DNA of 64,000 bases from an uncultured virus (IMG/VR IMGVR_UViG_3300042465_006114) (taxonomy: Duplodnaviria > Heunggongvirae > Uroviricota > Caudoviricetes). Of this stretch, positions 9,178 through 18,721 are shown one piece after another. Numbering within the stretch: position 1 is the first letter of the stretch; each line of letters begins with the position of its first letter. The stretch lies in the IMG/VR virus record IMGVR_UViG_3300042465_006114; one strand, 5' to 3'. The notes below the pieces were generated by a model, which was not told the origin of the DNA, ran no database searches, and was given only the letters and a program-made list of their open reading frames with translations. Made by a program: the position numbers and the translations under genes.

Positions 9178-9888
9178 ATGGATAACCAAGAAGAAAAACT
9201 AAAAAGGATATATTCAAAAACTAAAGTAGATACATTTTATAATAAACTGGTAAAAGGAAAAGGAAACTTTTTAATTAGGTTTGGTAGTGAATGTAACGAA
9301 TTGATTTTTGATAAAGTGCATAACGTATTTTCAACAATTAATAAGAACTTTGACCCAAAGTTGATTTGCTTATTTAATATGGTGCAGTGTGATGTTAAAA
9401 ACTTTTTGAATATCAATCCTTATATTGATATACCGCCAAAAGTAAATACAACCGAGCATAACTATAAATATGACGATGAAAAAGGAATCTTAACCGCTAC
9501 TGATTTAGACCACGCTTTTTGGAGAATCGCTTACGTGAAAGGTTATATAACCAAATCCACATATCAAAAAGGTTTGCCTACTTCTGGCAAAGCTATTAGA
9601 CTTGCTTCTCTTTCCGTACTAGGTAGAGGTAAAAAGTTTGATAGGTATGTTAATGGAGAATTTGTTGGAACAGTAGTAACAAAAGAATCAGACGAAACTT
9701 TACAAAAAGTCTATGTTGACATTAGATACTCTTGTTACTATATGATGTATGAATTGTCGCAAATGCTTAAAGATGATTTTGAAAGCTGGAAAACAGATTG
9801 TATTTACTACCGAGATACTCCAGAGAACAGAGCAATAGTACACAACTACTTCGAGGAAAGAGAAATGATGTTCAAGCAACTAATTTAA
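9178..9888 (+). CDS. Putative minimal family-B DNA polymerase-like palm domain protein
   Basis: Motif-A-like ATDLDHAFW, motif-B-like KAIRLASLSVLG and motif-C-like WKTDCIYY in the correct order; no exonuclease domain. Confidence 0.45.
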   Translation: MDNQEEKLKRIYSKTKVDTFYNKLVKGKGNFLIRFGSECNELIFDKVHNVFSTINKNFDPKLICLFNMVQCDVKNFLNINPYIDIPPKVNTTEHNYKYDDEKGILTATDLDHAFWRIAYVKGYITKSTYQKGLPTSGKAIRLASLSVLGRGKKFDRYVNGEFVGTVVTKESDETLQKVYVDIRYSCYYMMYELSQMLKDDFESWKTDCIYYRDTPENRAIVHNYFEEREMMFKQLI

Positions 9889-9956
9889 CTATTTCTTTTT
9901 ATTAAAATATTTTATTATTTTTTATAATATTTTTATTTTATATAATATTTTTTATT

Positions 9957-9964
9957 TATATTTG
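9957..9964 (+). promoter_or_regulatory. Bacteroidota -7 promoter element
   Basis: TATATTTG about 20 nt upstream of ATG 9984. Confidence 0.6.
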
Positions 9965-9983
9965 TATAATTAAACCAAGAAAA

Positions 9984-10283
9984 ATGAACTTAAAAACAAC
10001 ACCCTTTACTGATTACGAAAACAAAAAAACTTATATTATTTCCAGCTTTACAGAGCTAGATATGGACATTAATATTCTTAACGAAACCACGCAGTATCAA
10101 AAAAATCCAAGCGGAAATTTTTATAAGTTTGGAGTTATTATCAATGATGATTATAATTGGTATTTTAATGGAGTTTCGGTAGCAGACAGTAGAGAAAAAA
10201 TGCGAGAGATTTATAGTGCTATATTGCAAGTAAATTTGGAAACAGAAAACAAACCTTTCATTTATAAAGTAAAAAGAGTATGA
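9984..10283 (+). CDS. Hypothetical protein
   Basis: ORF after promoter. Confidence 0.6.
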   Translation: MNLKTTPFTDYENKKTYIISSFTELDMDINILNETTQYQKNPSGNFYKFGVIINDDYNWYFNGVSVADSREKMREIYSAILQVNLETENKPFIYKVKRV

Positions 10284-10708
10284 AACGTATATCAAAAGAT
10301 TTAGCAGACCAAATGGTTTTAGATGTGTTACTTTCTATTTCCAAATTAAATGAAATGAGTAGTGAGTTTTCAAAAAATTCATTAGACATTATGAATGACC
10401 CAATTGACAATTCTGTTCTTACTGGAGTTTTACTTACTAAAGCTAGACCATCTTTGTTTGATGATAGAGAAGTTGATATGAAGTTTACTATTATGTCATC
10501 GCTTCAAACTGTATATTGTTTTAATAAGGAAGAACCGATTGAAGATTTTGTATTTAACATAGATTTGTCAAAAGAGTTTTGCGAAATTGACGATGAAAAA
10601 TGTTTAAATAGCACAAAATTAAATTTCGCTTTAAATCAATTTGTAAATGCTTTTTATGAATACGAAAGGTTAGAGAAAAAATATCCAGAATTAATGAAAG
10701 TTATGTAA
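10280..10708 (+). CDS. Hypothetical protein
   Basis: ATGA overlap with the upstream gene. Confidence 0.65.
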   Translation: MKRISKDLADQMVLDVLLSISKLNEMSSEFSKNSLDIMNDPIDNSVLTGVLLTKARPSLFDDREVDMKFTIMSSLQTVYCFNKEEPIEDFVFNIDLSKEFCEIDDEKCLNSTKLNFALNQFVNAFYEYERLEKKYPELMKVM

Positions 10709-10710
10709 TT

Positions 10711-11031
10711 ATGAAGCCAAAACAATTCCACGATTTTAAAACTATTAAGGATAAGGTTAAACACCTTTTGCTTACAAACCCAGCTTTACGAGATAATGAT
10801 ATGAAGTTAGTCGCTACTTTTTATTTTCACGAGATAGGCAAAGAAGAAATTGACACTTTAACCGCTTACGATTTACTTAATAAAATTTCCAGTTCAAAGA
10901 TGCCTAATTTTGAAACTATTTGCAGAGAGCGTAAGGGGTTACAACAACACGATGAAAGTTTAAGAGGTTCTGAATACAAAAATAGAAAGAAAAAAGTTGA
11001 CCCATTTTTTAAAGTGTTTTTAAGGGAATAA
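10711..11031 (+). CDS. Hypothetical phage protein
   Basis: PALRDNDMKL...ETICRERKGLQ pattern common in phage ORFs. Confidence 0.6.
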   Translation: MKPKQFHDFKTIKDKVKHLLLTNPALRDNDMKLVATFYFHEIGKEEIDTLTAYDLLNKISSSKMPNFETICRERKGLQQHDESLRGSEYKNRKKKVDPFFKVFLRE

Positions 11032-11072
11032 AAAAAATAATCATAATTTGTTGTACCAATAGCTTTTTTATT

Positions 11073-11096
11073 TATATTTGTATCAACGAACTACTA
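11073..11096 (+). promoter_or_regulatory. Promoter plus conserved leader, near-copy of 611-634
   Basis: TATATTTGTATCAACGAACTACTA, 22 of 24 positions identical to 611-634. Confidence 0.7.
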
Positions 11097-11108
11097 AAAC
11101 AAAATAAA

Positions 11109-11399
11109 ATGAATGTAATTTTAATTACCACTGAAGGTAAAAAATCAAATGTAAGTATTAATACTTTTGATGAAGCACGAAAATTAATATGTAACCACTC
11201 CTCTATTGAAATTATAGTTTTAAATGATGGTGCTTTTTTAGCATTTGATGAAGAAGGAAAACTTAAAAAACTTGAAAAAAATCATTTAGCTACCGAAATA
11301 GCACACGAAAATAATTCAATATACCCAAGTGATTATATTGTTGGAGATGTTTTGTTTGTAGATAAAGTAAATGAATTTGACGAGCTACCGTACGAATAA
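11109..11399 (+). CDS. DUF3846-like protein
   Basis: IEIIV...DEEGKLKKLEKNHLAT...DYIVGDVL pattern. Confidence 0.6.
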   Translation: MNVILITTEGKKSNVSINTFDEARKLICNHSSIEIIVLNDGAFLAFDEEGKLKKLEKNHLATEIAHENNSIYPSDYIVGDVLFVDKVNEFDELPYE

Positions 11400-11400
11400 A

Positions 11401-11426
11401 AAAGGGAGGTAACAACTCCTCCCTTT
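11401..11426 (+). terminator. Hairpin/terminator
   Basis: AAAGGGAGG...CCTCCCTTT directly after the stop. Confidence 0.6.
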
Positions 11427-11550
11427 AAACCAAGAAACTTAATAACAACACTATGGATAAAGTGTTTATTAACTTATAAACAAAAATAATTATTATATAG
11501 TTATAAAAGGTTAATTTCCAAATAAATATCTAAAACTATCAGCTTAACAA

Positions 11551-11859
11551 TTGTTTTCATTTATGAGTAAAATTCGATTTTATAAGTATTTTTTTCGTGG
11601 TGTTGACAAGCCAGTGATAATGGAAGCGACTGATAGATTGAGTGCCGACCAAATGATGCAGAGCTTAAAGCAATCTACTACTGCTAATTTAAGTGCAAAA
11701 GATTTAATAGATATTAGAGTAGAAACCCCTATAACTGGAATATCAAAACGTAAAAGACACAATCAATATTATGTTTGGGTTGGAACTGAATTTACTTCCG
11801 ATGGCTGGTTACTTCAATCAGAATATGATGAAATAGAAAAACTAAAAAACAATAAATAG
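11551..11859 (+). CDS. Hypothetical protein
   Basis: ORF; start probably at ATG 11563. Confidence 0.6.
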   Translation: MFSFMSKIRFYKYFFRGVDKPVIMEATDRLSADQMMQSLKQSTTANLSAKDLIDIRVETPITGISKRKRHNQYYVWVGTEFTSDGWLLQSEYDEIEKLKNNK

Positions 11860-11900
11860 TTTAAGTTTTTAAGACAACATATTTTTAAAATAATTTTATA

Positions 11901-12116
11901 ATGACTGAAAAAGAAAATATTTTTCAAGAGATAAACGATGAAATTAATGAGCTTCAATATTATAAAAAACAATTGAGAAGATTTTTATTTCTTGAATCTG
12001 TTAAGTCTTGCATAACTGCATTAAATTTTAATCTTATACTTGATGAAATTGAAAGGGTTAGAGTAGAGATAACGCATTTAGAATACATAAAAAAAGATTA
12101 CTATAATATTGATTAA
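11901..12116 (+). CDS. Coiled-coil hypothetical protein
   Basis: ORF. Confidence 0.5.
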   Translation: MTEKENIFQEINDEINELQYYKKQLRRFLFLESVKSCITALNFNLILDEIERVRVEITHLEYIKKDYYNID

Positions 12117-12265
12117 TTATAAAAATAGCTTTTATTTCAAATTAACGAAAAAAAAGAAAATGACAATTTGAAATTGAAAAATAATATTGTAGTTTTGTAG
12201 TGTTGAGTGTTAGTATTAATCTGTATTAATTCTGCTGATAAATTTTAATGTTTCTTAATTCAATT

Positions 12266-12293
12266 AAGCGATTGGTATTCCAGTCGCTTTTTT
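12266..12293. terminator. Terminator at the convergent strand switch
   Basis: AAGCGATTGG-TATT-CCAGTCGCTT followed by T-run. Confidence 0.75.
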
Positions 12294-13482
12294 ATTGAGT
12301 TATTATTGTTACGCTATTTGAACCTGAATTTGCAACATAAATAGTTCCAGCAGAATCAATTGTTATTGCTCTTGGCAATACTCCAGTTGTGGCTAAAATA
12401 GTTGACACTCCTAAAGGCGTAATTTTACTAACGGTATCATTATCATTATTTGCAGTATAAATATTACCAGCTACGTCAATTGTTATCCCTATTGGTAATA
12501 TTCCAGTTGTGCCTAAAATAGTTGACACTCCTAAAGGTGTTATTTTACTAACGTTATCTGAATTATTATTTGCGGTATAAATATTACCAGCTCCATCTAT
12601 TGTTATCCCATAAGGAGTATTTCCAGTTGTGCCTAAAATCGTTGATACCCCCAAAGGTGTTATTTTACTAACGTTATTTGAACTGCTATTTGAAGTATAA
12701 ATATTACCAGCTCCATCTATTGTTATGCCATAAGGATTATTTCCAGTTGTGCCTAAAATTGTTGCTACCCCTAAAGGTGTTATTTTAGTTACATTATCTG
12801 CATTAAAGTTTGCGGTATAAAGATTTCCAGCACTATCAATTGTTATGCTTATTGGCTCTAAATCAGTACTTGCAAAAGGAATTTTAACGCCTAATGAAGT
12901 TATTTTAATAACATCATCATTTCCACCTATTTCCGTAACATAAAGATTATCAGAACTATCTATTGCAATTCCAAAAGGTGTGGATACTTGTGTTGCAAAA
13001 ATTGTTGATACCCCTAAAGGTGTAATTTTGCTAATATTGTCAGAACCATAATTTGAAGTATAGATATTTCCAACACTATCAACCGCTATTCCAATAGGAA
13101 AAACTCCAGTTAAATTTATTGTAACGTATCCAGAAAGTGTTAAGTTTGAATAAATGTAATAATTTGAAGATACATAAATTAAATTATTATCATATAAAAA
13201 CAAACCTTGATTAAGCGTGTTTAAGGCATCAATTACTCCTTGTATAGTTGGATTTTCTACATTGACGTTATAAGTCATTACCGTAGGGTTTGATGTGTTA
13301 GAGATATTTATACTTACACTTGTTATCCAGCTATATGATTGACCAGTAACATTATATTCATATATTGTATTAGCGTTATTTGAAGCGTTAGTATTTGGCA
13401 CAATTTCCAATATAGAAACTGGTTGTGGTAAAGCTGTGTTATTTACTAATCTTAAATTTATTGAACTTTCTAAATCACTCAT
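12292..13482 (-). CDS. NHL-repeat beta-propeller protein (probable spike/adhesin)
   Basis: About 7 repeats of PYGITIDGAGNIYTANxxSDNVSKITPLG; probable start MSDLESS at 13482. Confidence 0.85.
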   Translation of the reverse strand: MSDLESSINLRLVNNTALPQPVSILEIVPNTNASNNANTIYEYNVTGQSYSWITSVSINISNTSNPTVMTYNVNVENPTIQGVIDALNTLNQGLFLYDNNLIYVSSNYYIYSNLTLSGYVTINLTGVFPIGIAVDSVGNIYTSNYGSDNISKITPLGVSTIFATQVSTPFGIAIDSSDNLYVTEIGGNDDVIKITSLGVKIPFASTDLEPISITIDSAGNLYTANFNADNVTKITPLGVATILGTTGNNPYGITIDGAGNIYTSNSSSNNVSKITPLGVSTILGTTGNTPYGITIDGAGNIYTANNNSDNVSKITPLGVSTILGTTGILPIGITIDVAGNIYTANNDNDTVSKITPLGVSTILATTGVLPRAITIDSAGTIYVANSGSNSVTIITQ

Positions 13483-13958
13483 ATTTTCTTGTTTTTTAAT
13501 AAAAAATAAACTGCTAATCCTATTAACGCAACAGATGTCCATCTTAAAACTTGCGGACTTACATATTTCTTATCTTTTGCGAAATTCACAAAATGTTCAC
13601 AATTAAAATTTATGAAGTCGTATTTGTATTTTTTTAAGGTTTGATATATTTTTTCAATATCTTCTAGTTTTAAATCAGTTTGTTCTACTGAAACTATATG
13701 CCTATTTTTAATCCATTTATCTAAAGGTTCTCTTACTGTGTTACCACCTTTTGAATTTAATTTGTCTGGGTGGTTGTGTATAACAAAAATACCATCTAAA
13801 TTTTTTTCTACTATTCCATAATGATAAATCAACGGAAATACTTGACCCTTTGTTTTAATTAAATCTCCAGTTTCAAATTTTGAAATTATTACGTTTCTAT
13901 TTTCAATTTTTACTTTATTAAGCGGTAAACTATTAAATTTCGTCTTTGTATCCATCAA
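13479..13958 (-). CDS. LRAT/H-NC family (permuted NlpC/P60) acyltransferase/phospholipase-like protein with C-terminal TM
   Basis: GDLI...YHYGI H-box, second His (VIHN), YDFINFNCEHFVN NC-box. Confidence 0.8.
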   Translation of the reverse strand: MMDTKTKFNSLPLNKVKIENRNVIISKFETGDLIKTKGQVFPLIYHYGIVEKNLDGIFVIHNHPDKLNSKGGNTVREPLDKWIKNRHIVSVEQTDLKLEDIEKIYQTLKKYKYDFINFNCEHFVNFAKDKKYVSPQVLRWTSVALIGLAVYFLLKNKKI

Positions 13959-14382
13959 ATAAATTAAAAAAATCGTTGTTAAAAAAATTAGTTAGCGGAA
14001 GAAAATCTCTATTTGATTTTTGTCTTGTATAAAGTACTAAGTTTAAAAATTCATTTGGCAATATAGGAAAATCAAAAGCGGTTCTACCATCTAAAACAAC
14101 ATCATCTTGTGATAATTTTCGATTAATAGAAGGCTGAAATTGATATGGGTCGATTGTAGGTATATCAACAAATGAATCTATTGTACCGTTAGCGTTTTTT
14201 TTATTAAATCTATACGGTTGTAAAATCTGGCTTATAGAACCAGAATTTATGTACATCTCACTTACTTTATAAACAAAACTACCCATTGATTGAATAATAG
14301 ATTTATAAGGCGTTGCATCGGTGCTTACTACCGACACAACTCCATCTAGGAAAAATGTTGATGTTGGTATATAAGTAGGCAT
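13933..14382 (-). CDS. Paralog of the 231-aa capsid candidate (minor capsid protein?)
   Basis: NANGT...PTIDPYQFQ...LDG...LPN...LVLY aligns with DANGN...PTIDPYQQQ...IDG...LAN...LYFY. Confidence 0.6.
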   Translation of the reverse strand: MPTYIPTSTFFLDGVVSVVSTDATPYKSIIQSMGSFVYKVSEMYINSGSISQILQPYRFNKKNANGTIDSFVDIPTIDPYQFQPSINRKLSQDDVVLDGRTAFDFPILPNEFLNLVLYTRQKSNRDFLPLTNFFNNDFFNLFDGYKDEI

Positions 14383-14729
14383 TAATCAGTTGTTTCTTGT
14401 GAAATTACTTTTCCATCTTTAGCCATAGCTCTTAACAAACCAGTTTTTTTGTTAATCATAATTTTCACACCGTAGTCTTGTAAAATCATTGAACTCAACT
14501 TGTCTAATTCTTTTTTACTTTCTTTACTATCAATAGCTTCACGCATAGCTTGTAGTCCAATCACTGCGTTCTCTTTCAATTTATTTTCTGTATCAGAAAC
14601 TTTCTTCGGTTCTGAATATTTTACATCTAAAAGGTCTTTTTTACTTTTTGTGTTTTTAGGTCTTAATAGCCAAATAAGAAGCAATGCACCTCCTAGTGTA
14701 ATAAACAATGTTTTCGTATTCTTATCCAT
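14382..14729 (-). CDS. N-terminal single-TM protein
   Basis: LFITLGGALLLIWLL followed by a basic stretch. Confidence 0.7.
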   Translation of the reverse strand: MDKNTKTLFITLGGALLLIWLLRPKNTKSKKDLLDVKYSEPKKVSDTENKLKENAVIGLQAMREAIDSKESKKELDKLSSMILQDYGVKIMINKKTGLLRAMAKDGKVISQETTD

Positions 14730-15117
14730 TTTTCTTTTTTGCTAATTTTAATATTACTAACGCTAAAACCGTTACTCCTACTCCTAAAACAATATAAGAA
14801 GTATATTTTTTGGTTTGAACTCTATTTAGCATTTCATTGTTATTCTGAACTGCTAAAAATTGATAAACCATTCCTTGTCTTTCAGTTTCTGACTGAACAT
14901 CTTGCAATCTTTCTTCTAATTGCTTTTGTTGGTCTAAACTTAACTTTGATAATTCAGCTTGAAGTTTTAATGCTTTTTCATTTTCTCCTTTAGCAAAATA
15001 TCCAGCTATTACAGAGTTTATAACCGCACCGCCTAACATAACTCCTATGTCTGCTCCACTAACTCCTCCTTTAGGTGCTACCCCAGTTCCAGTAGCATTA
15101 TTATATAAATTTTCCAT
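14722..15117 (-). CDS. Membrane protein: Gly-rich hydrophobic helix, coiled coil, C-terminal TM
   Basis: Probable start MENLYNNATG at 15117. Confidence 0.7.
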   Translation of the reverse strand: MENLYNNATGTGVAPKGGVSGADIGVMLGGAVINSVIAGYFAKGENEKALKLQAELSKLSLDQQKQLEERLQDVQSETERQGMVYQFLAVQNNNEMLNRVQTKKYTSYIVLGVGVTVLALVILKLAKKKNG

Positions 15118-15119
15118 AA

Positions 15120-15665
15120 TTAATCTTTTGAGCCAATTAAATAAACTCCGTATAAAATTCCAAGTCCTATTCCTAATCCAGTTACATAAAGCCAAGTATC
15201 ATTTAATCTTGCAGTACTTTCTTTTTGCAAAGTTGTTCTGTAAGCTAACATACTATTTATCATAATTTCCAGCCTTGCAGTTTCTTGCATAGCTCTGATT
15301 TTTTCTTCCGCAAGTTTTTCATCTACTGACAATTGTGCTAATGCCAACTTCTTTTGTAAATCTCTATTTTTATCGCCTTCCTTAGCGGCTAAAATACCGC
15401 CAACAACAGAACTTACTACTGAAATTACTAATGAAGCGATAACATTATATTCGCCATCGTTCGCTATCGCATTATCTAATGCTTCCGCAAAAGGTTTGTC
15501 TTGATTTATATATAAAGCAGTATATACAAGTTTAATTATTTGCTTAAATGTTGCGGTTTTTAAATTTATATCATAGCCAAATTGTTGCAGTAAAACTACC
15601 GCAACATCTGGTTTGTCATATATAAAATCGTTTATTTGTTTATCTACTGGGGTTACTTTGTCCAT
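15120..15665 (-). CDS. Membrane protein: hydrophobic helix, coiled coil, C-terminal TM
   Basis: Two hydrophobic segments; architecture like 31432 ORF. Confidence 0.7.
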   Translation of the reverse strand: MDKVTPVDKQINDFIYDKPDVAVVLLQQFGYDINLKTATFKQIIKLVYTALYINQDKPFAEALDNAIANDGEYNVIASLVISVVSSVVGGILAAKEGDKNRDLQKKLALAQLSVDEKLAEEKIRAMQETARLEIMINSMLAYRTTLQKESTARLNDTWLYVTGLGIGLGILYGVYLIGSKD

Positions 15666-15725
15666 ATTTATAAAATATCTAAAATGAATTTAACCACAAT
15701 ATTACAAAAATTATTATTAAGAATA

Positions 15726-16601
15726 TTATTTCAAGGCATTTATTATTGATTGCGTATCAAAAACTTCTGAAAAATTATTGTACGGAAACGTAGAAATATC
15801 TTCGTAAAGTAAGTGCTTTGAGTAGCTATTACTTTCTAAATTAATCTCTTTTGTAGGTTCATTTGCTACAATATTATTATGCAAGTCATATCCAAAAACT
15901 TTAGGATTAGTTCCTATCCATCCAACTACGCTTGGTAAGTTTAATGCAGTACTAATGTGCATCGAGCTACTGTCAATCAAAAGTCTTTTGGTAGAAAGTG
16001 AAAGCATAATAGCTATGCTTCTCCAACTATCTAATGCTCCAATAGTATTTTCATAAATTAATTGGTCATCTCTTTTAATATGCAAAATAGCATAATCATT
16101 TTTAAATTGAGCAACTACTTCATTCACAACGGAAGCTGGAAAATCTCTTGTCCAACTATATTTTAAAGGCTGTCCTACCGCACCTCCGTTTGGCTGAATA
16201 GCCATAATTGGTTTGTCTAATTTATAAAAAGGTGCGAAATATTCTTTTTCTCCTTTAGATAAGAAAATTTCGGGTTGTTCGTTATCATACTTTAATCCAT
16301 ACATTTTGCACCAAATATCAAGCAAATGATTACTTTCTGTTATGAAGTCGCTTGTCATATAAGGGTCTGAAATAAAAACTTTTGTTTCTTTATTATGTAT
16401 GTAATTTTTATAAAAACCTACCGCTTGGGATGGATGCAATACTTTATTTACGTTCGGATTTCCAACAAAAACATCTGTATAACCAGTTACTACTATTATA
16501 TTTGATTTTTTGTATTCTTTTTTAATTACTTTAAGAATTGCGGTAGCCATAATTGATTTACCCAATCCCCCATCTATTTGAAAAATTACATTTTGTATCA
16601 T
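15726..16601 (-). CDS. GT9 (heptosyltransferase)-like glycosyltransferase
   Basis: GGLGKSI N-terminal motif; LLIDSSSMHISTALNLPSVVGW...P..FG. Confidence 0.8.
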   Translation of the reverse strand: MIQNVIFQIDGGLGKSIMATAILKVIKKEYKKSNIIVVTGYTDVFVGNPNVNKVLHPSQAVGFYKNYIHNKETKVFISDPYMTSDFITESNHLLDIWCKMYGLKYDNEQPEIFLSKGEKEYFAPFYKLDKPIMAIQPNGGAVGQPLKYSWTRDFPASVVNEVVAQFKNDYAILHIKRDDQLIYENTIGALDSWRSIAIMLSLSTKRLLIDSSSMHISTALNLPSVVGWIGTNPKVFGYDLHNNIVANEPTKEINLESNSYSKHLLYEDISTFPYNNFSEVFDTQSIINALK

Positions 16602-16611
16602 TTTTTTGTTT

Positions 16612-16932
16612 TTAGTTTAAATAAGCTATTGTTTTTTCAAATATAACTTCGTTAGTCGAATCTGTAACTATGCTATGTTTGTACCCATTAAAATCCTCGT
16701 ACAACTCACTTTCAGTTTTACAAGGTATATTTATCATTATTTCTGAAACTTGAAATTCTATTCCATCAATTACAATTCTCCATCTTCTTGTACCATCAAT
16801 ATCATTATGATTGAATCTAATTTGAATGAAATAGTTACCTTCTGGTTTTCTCATTAAAATTTTTTTCCCTTCTAAAATTAAATCTTGTAAAATACTTGCG
16901 GTTGAATTATTCTTTTTCAATTCCATTATCAT
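16612..16932 (-). CDS. Hypothetical protein
   Basis: ORF in operon. Confidence 0.6.
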   Translation of the reverse strand: MIMELKKNNSTASILQDLILEGKKILMRKPEGNYFIQIRFNHNDIDGTRRWRIVIDGIEFQVSEIMINIPCKTESELYEDFNGYKHSIVTDSTNEVIFEKTIAYLN

Positions 16933-17389
16933 TTGTTTTTTTAAATTGAATTTTATCTAGCAATTCGTTTATAGAAGTAAGTTCGTCAACATCAGTTGTG
17001 TCAATCTCAATAAAATTAGTTTCTGGCTTTTCAAAATTTTCAACGTGAAATCTTTCTCTACCTCTAATATTTTCTGTATGAATATAAATTTCTATTACAT
17101 CGGCAGTAAGTTTAAATTCTTCCCTTAAATCTAAAAAAGGAGAAACTACCGCTATAATTACATCGTATAAAAATTCCGCATCTAAATATTTAGCAATAGC
17201 ATACGCTTTACCAATGTTATCTCTACGACCTTTTTCCGAATAATCTTTATTGTTAAGAATTTTACGCAAAAAATCTCCATCTATTATAAATGCTTTTCTT
17301 AAAGGGTAGTTTATTTCTAAAGCAGTCCTTAAATGTCTAGCTAATGTGCTTTTACCAGAATGGGGTTGTCCAATTAAGTTGTAAATCAT
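16907..17389 (-). CDS. cysC: Adenylyl-sulfate (APS) kinase
   Basis: GQPHSGKSTLA, IDGDFLR, YSEKGRRDNI, VSPF..LRE, FEKPE. Confidence 0.85.
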   Translation of the reverse strand: MIYNLIGQPHSGKSTLARHLRTALEINYPLRKAFIIDGDFLRKILNNKDYSEKGRRDNIGKAYAIAKYLDAEFLYDVIIAVVSPFLDLREEFKLTADVIEIYIHTENIRGRERFHVENFEKPETNFIEIDTTDVDELTSINELLDKIQFKKTNDNGIEKE

Positions 17390-17417
17390 TTTGTTGTTAT
17401 TTTAAAGTTTCTCGGTT

Positions 17418-17425
17418 CAAATATA
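17418..17425 (-). promoter_or_regulatory. Bacteroidota -7 promoter element upstream of cysC
   Basis: TATATTTG on the minus strand. Confidence 0.6.
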
Positions 17426-17433
17426 ATAAAAAT

Positions 17434-18252
17434 TTAAACGTAACCAAAATAATCATAAAACCATTTATAAGTATTTTTTATTGATTGACTTAATTCATAC
17501 CCTAAAACTTCATTATAGTCATCGGGTTTCATTTGAAACTTATCTCTTAGCGTATGGTCGCCATATATTCCGTGAACAAGGTCGTTTTCTTGCGTGTGTT
17601 GAGTAATATTTTCAAAATCGTGTGATTCGTAGTAAGGCACTTCAAAATACTCGTATAAACGCTTCATTTCGATTTCTGGGTTTGCCATTAAATCTTCGTA
17701 ACGAATGAATAACATTTTTTTTGCAATTCCTTGTTGAATAGAATCTTTCAATCTATCCATTGAAACTCCAACTGGAACTCCATCCGCCCAAATATTAATT
17801 CGTTTGTCCAATGTTGTGCCAACTAATTGAGGTGCGTTTTGAATATGACTTTCTCTATGTGGGTTTTTACGAAAGTTTTTTTCCATCGAAGAATAAACCG
17901 AACGTACATCCCTAACCATACAAACGATTTTTGGATTTTCGTTTAGCATATTCAATAAATTATAGTGAATACCCCAATCTCTGCTTTTATCAACGATAAA
18001 TTCTTTTGGTGTAATGTTATTAAAGAAACCTTGCATACCAGCTCTGCAAAAACCTAAAAAAGCGTTTTCCATTACTTGTTTATCTTGCGACAATATGGCT
18101 TGGGAATGAGCATAAGTATTTTTTGAGCTTAACACTAAATCGCCTAATCCAGAGGTAGGCGTACAATAAAATTCTGGGTTTTGGGCAATTAAATTTTGAA
18201 GCAATGTACTACCGCTTCTTGGAAGTGAAGAATTAAAAAAAATTTTTTTCAT
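17434..18252 (-). CDS. PAPS-dependent sulfotransferase
   Basis: SLPRSGSTLL 5'-PSB loop, VRDVRSVYSS 3'-PB, IRYEDL; probable start MKKIFF at 18252. Confidence 0.9.
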   Translation of the reverse strand: MKKIFFNSSLPRSGSTLLQNLIAQNPEFYCTPTSGLGDLVLSSKNTYAHSQAILSQDKQVMENAFLGFCRAGMQGFFNNITPKEFIVDKSRDWGIHYNLLNMLNENPKIVCMVRDVRSVYSSMEKNFRKNPHRESHIQNAPQLVGTTLDKRINIWADGVPVGVSMDRLKDSIQQGIAKKMLFIRYEDLMANPEIEMKRLYEYFEVPYYESHDFENITQHTQENDLVHGIYGDHTLRDKFQMKPDDYNEVLGYELSQSIKNTYKWFYDYFGYV

Positions 18253-18341
18253 AGTTGTTTTTGTTACTTGGTTAAAAAGCCTTTCACTCGGTTTTATTTG
18301 AATTAACAAAGAGGAGTTACCGAGCATTGACTATTTTTTAA

Positions 18342-18671
18342 TTATTTTGCTACTTTTGGAGCGACTTCTGGTTGACTGTCTTTTGCGGTTTGCAATTCAG
18401 CAATTAAAGCATCAATTAAAGACTTTAAATCAGCATCATCTTTAACGATAAATCCTTCTTTTGACATCCAACGAACATCATTATAGTTAAATATATTAAT
18501 TGCGTGAAATTCTGTAATCAATGTTGGGTTTTCTGCTGGTTTTTTAGCAAATATTCCAGCAACTAAAGGCGTTACAGTTGTTAATGTGTCAGTAGCAACT
18601 TTTACTGACAAATCTTTTGAATTAATTTGTGTTTCTCCGTAACCGAAGATGTGAATTGTGAAATTTTCCAT
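18342..18671 (-). CDS. Hypothetical protein
   Basis: ORF. Confidence 0.65.
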   Translation of the reverse strand: MENFTIHIFGYGETQINSKDLSVKVATDTLTTVTPLVAGIFAKKPAENPTLITEFHAINIFNYNDVRWMSKEGFIVKDDADLKSLIDALIAELQTAKDSQPEVAPKVAK

Positions 18672-18721
18672 TTTATTTTATTTTAAAATTATTTTTTTTT
18701 GAAACATAAATATAAAAAAAA

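Noticed and set aside
12300..13100. Regularly spaced about 120-bp DNA repeats as CRISPR or DGR template
   Set aside because: They encode in-frame NHL protein repeats, and no reverse transcriptase is visible
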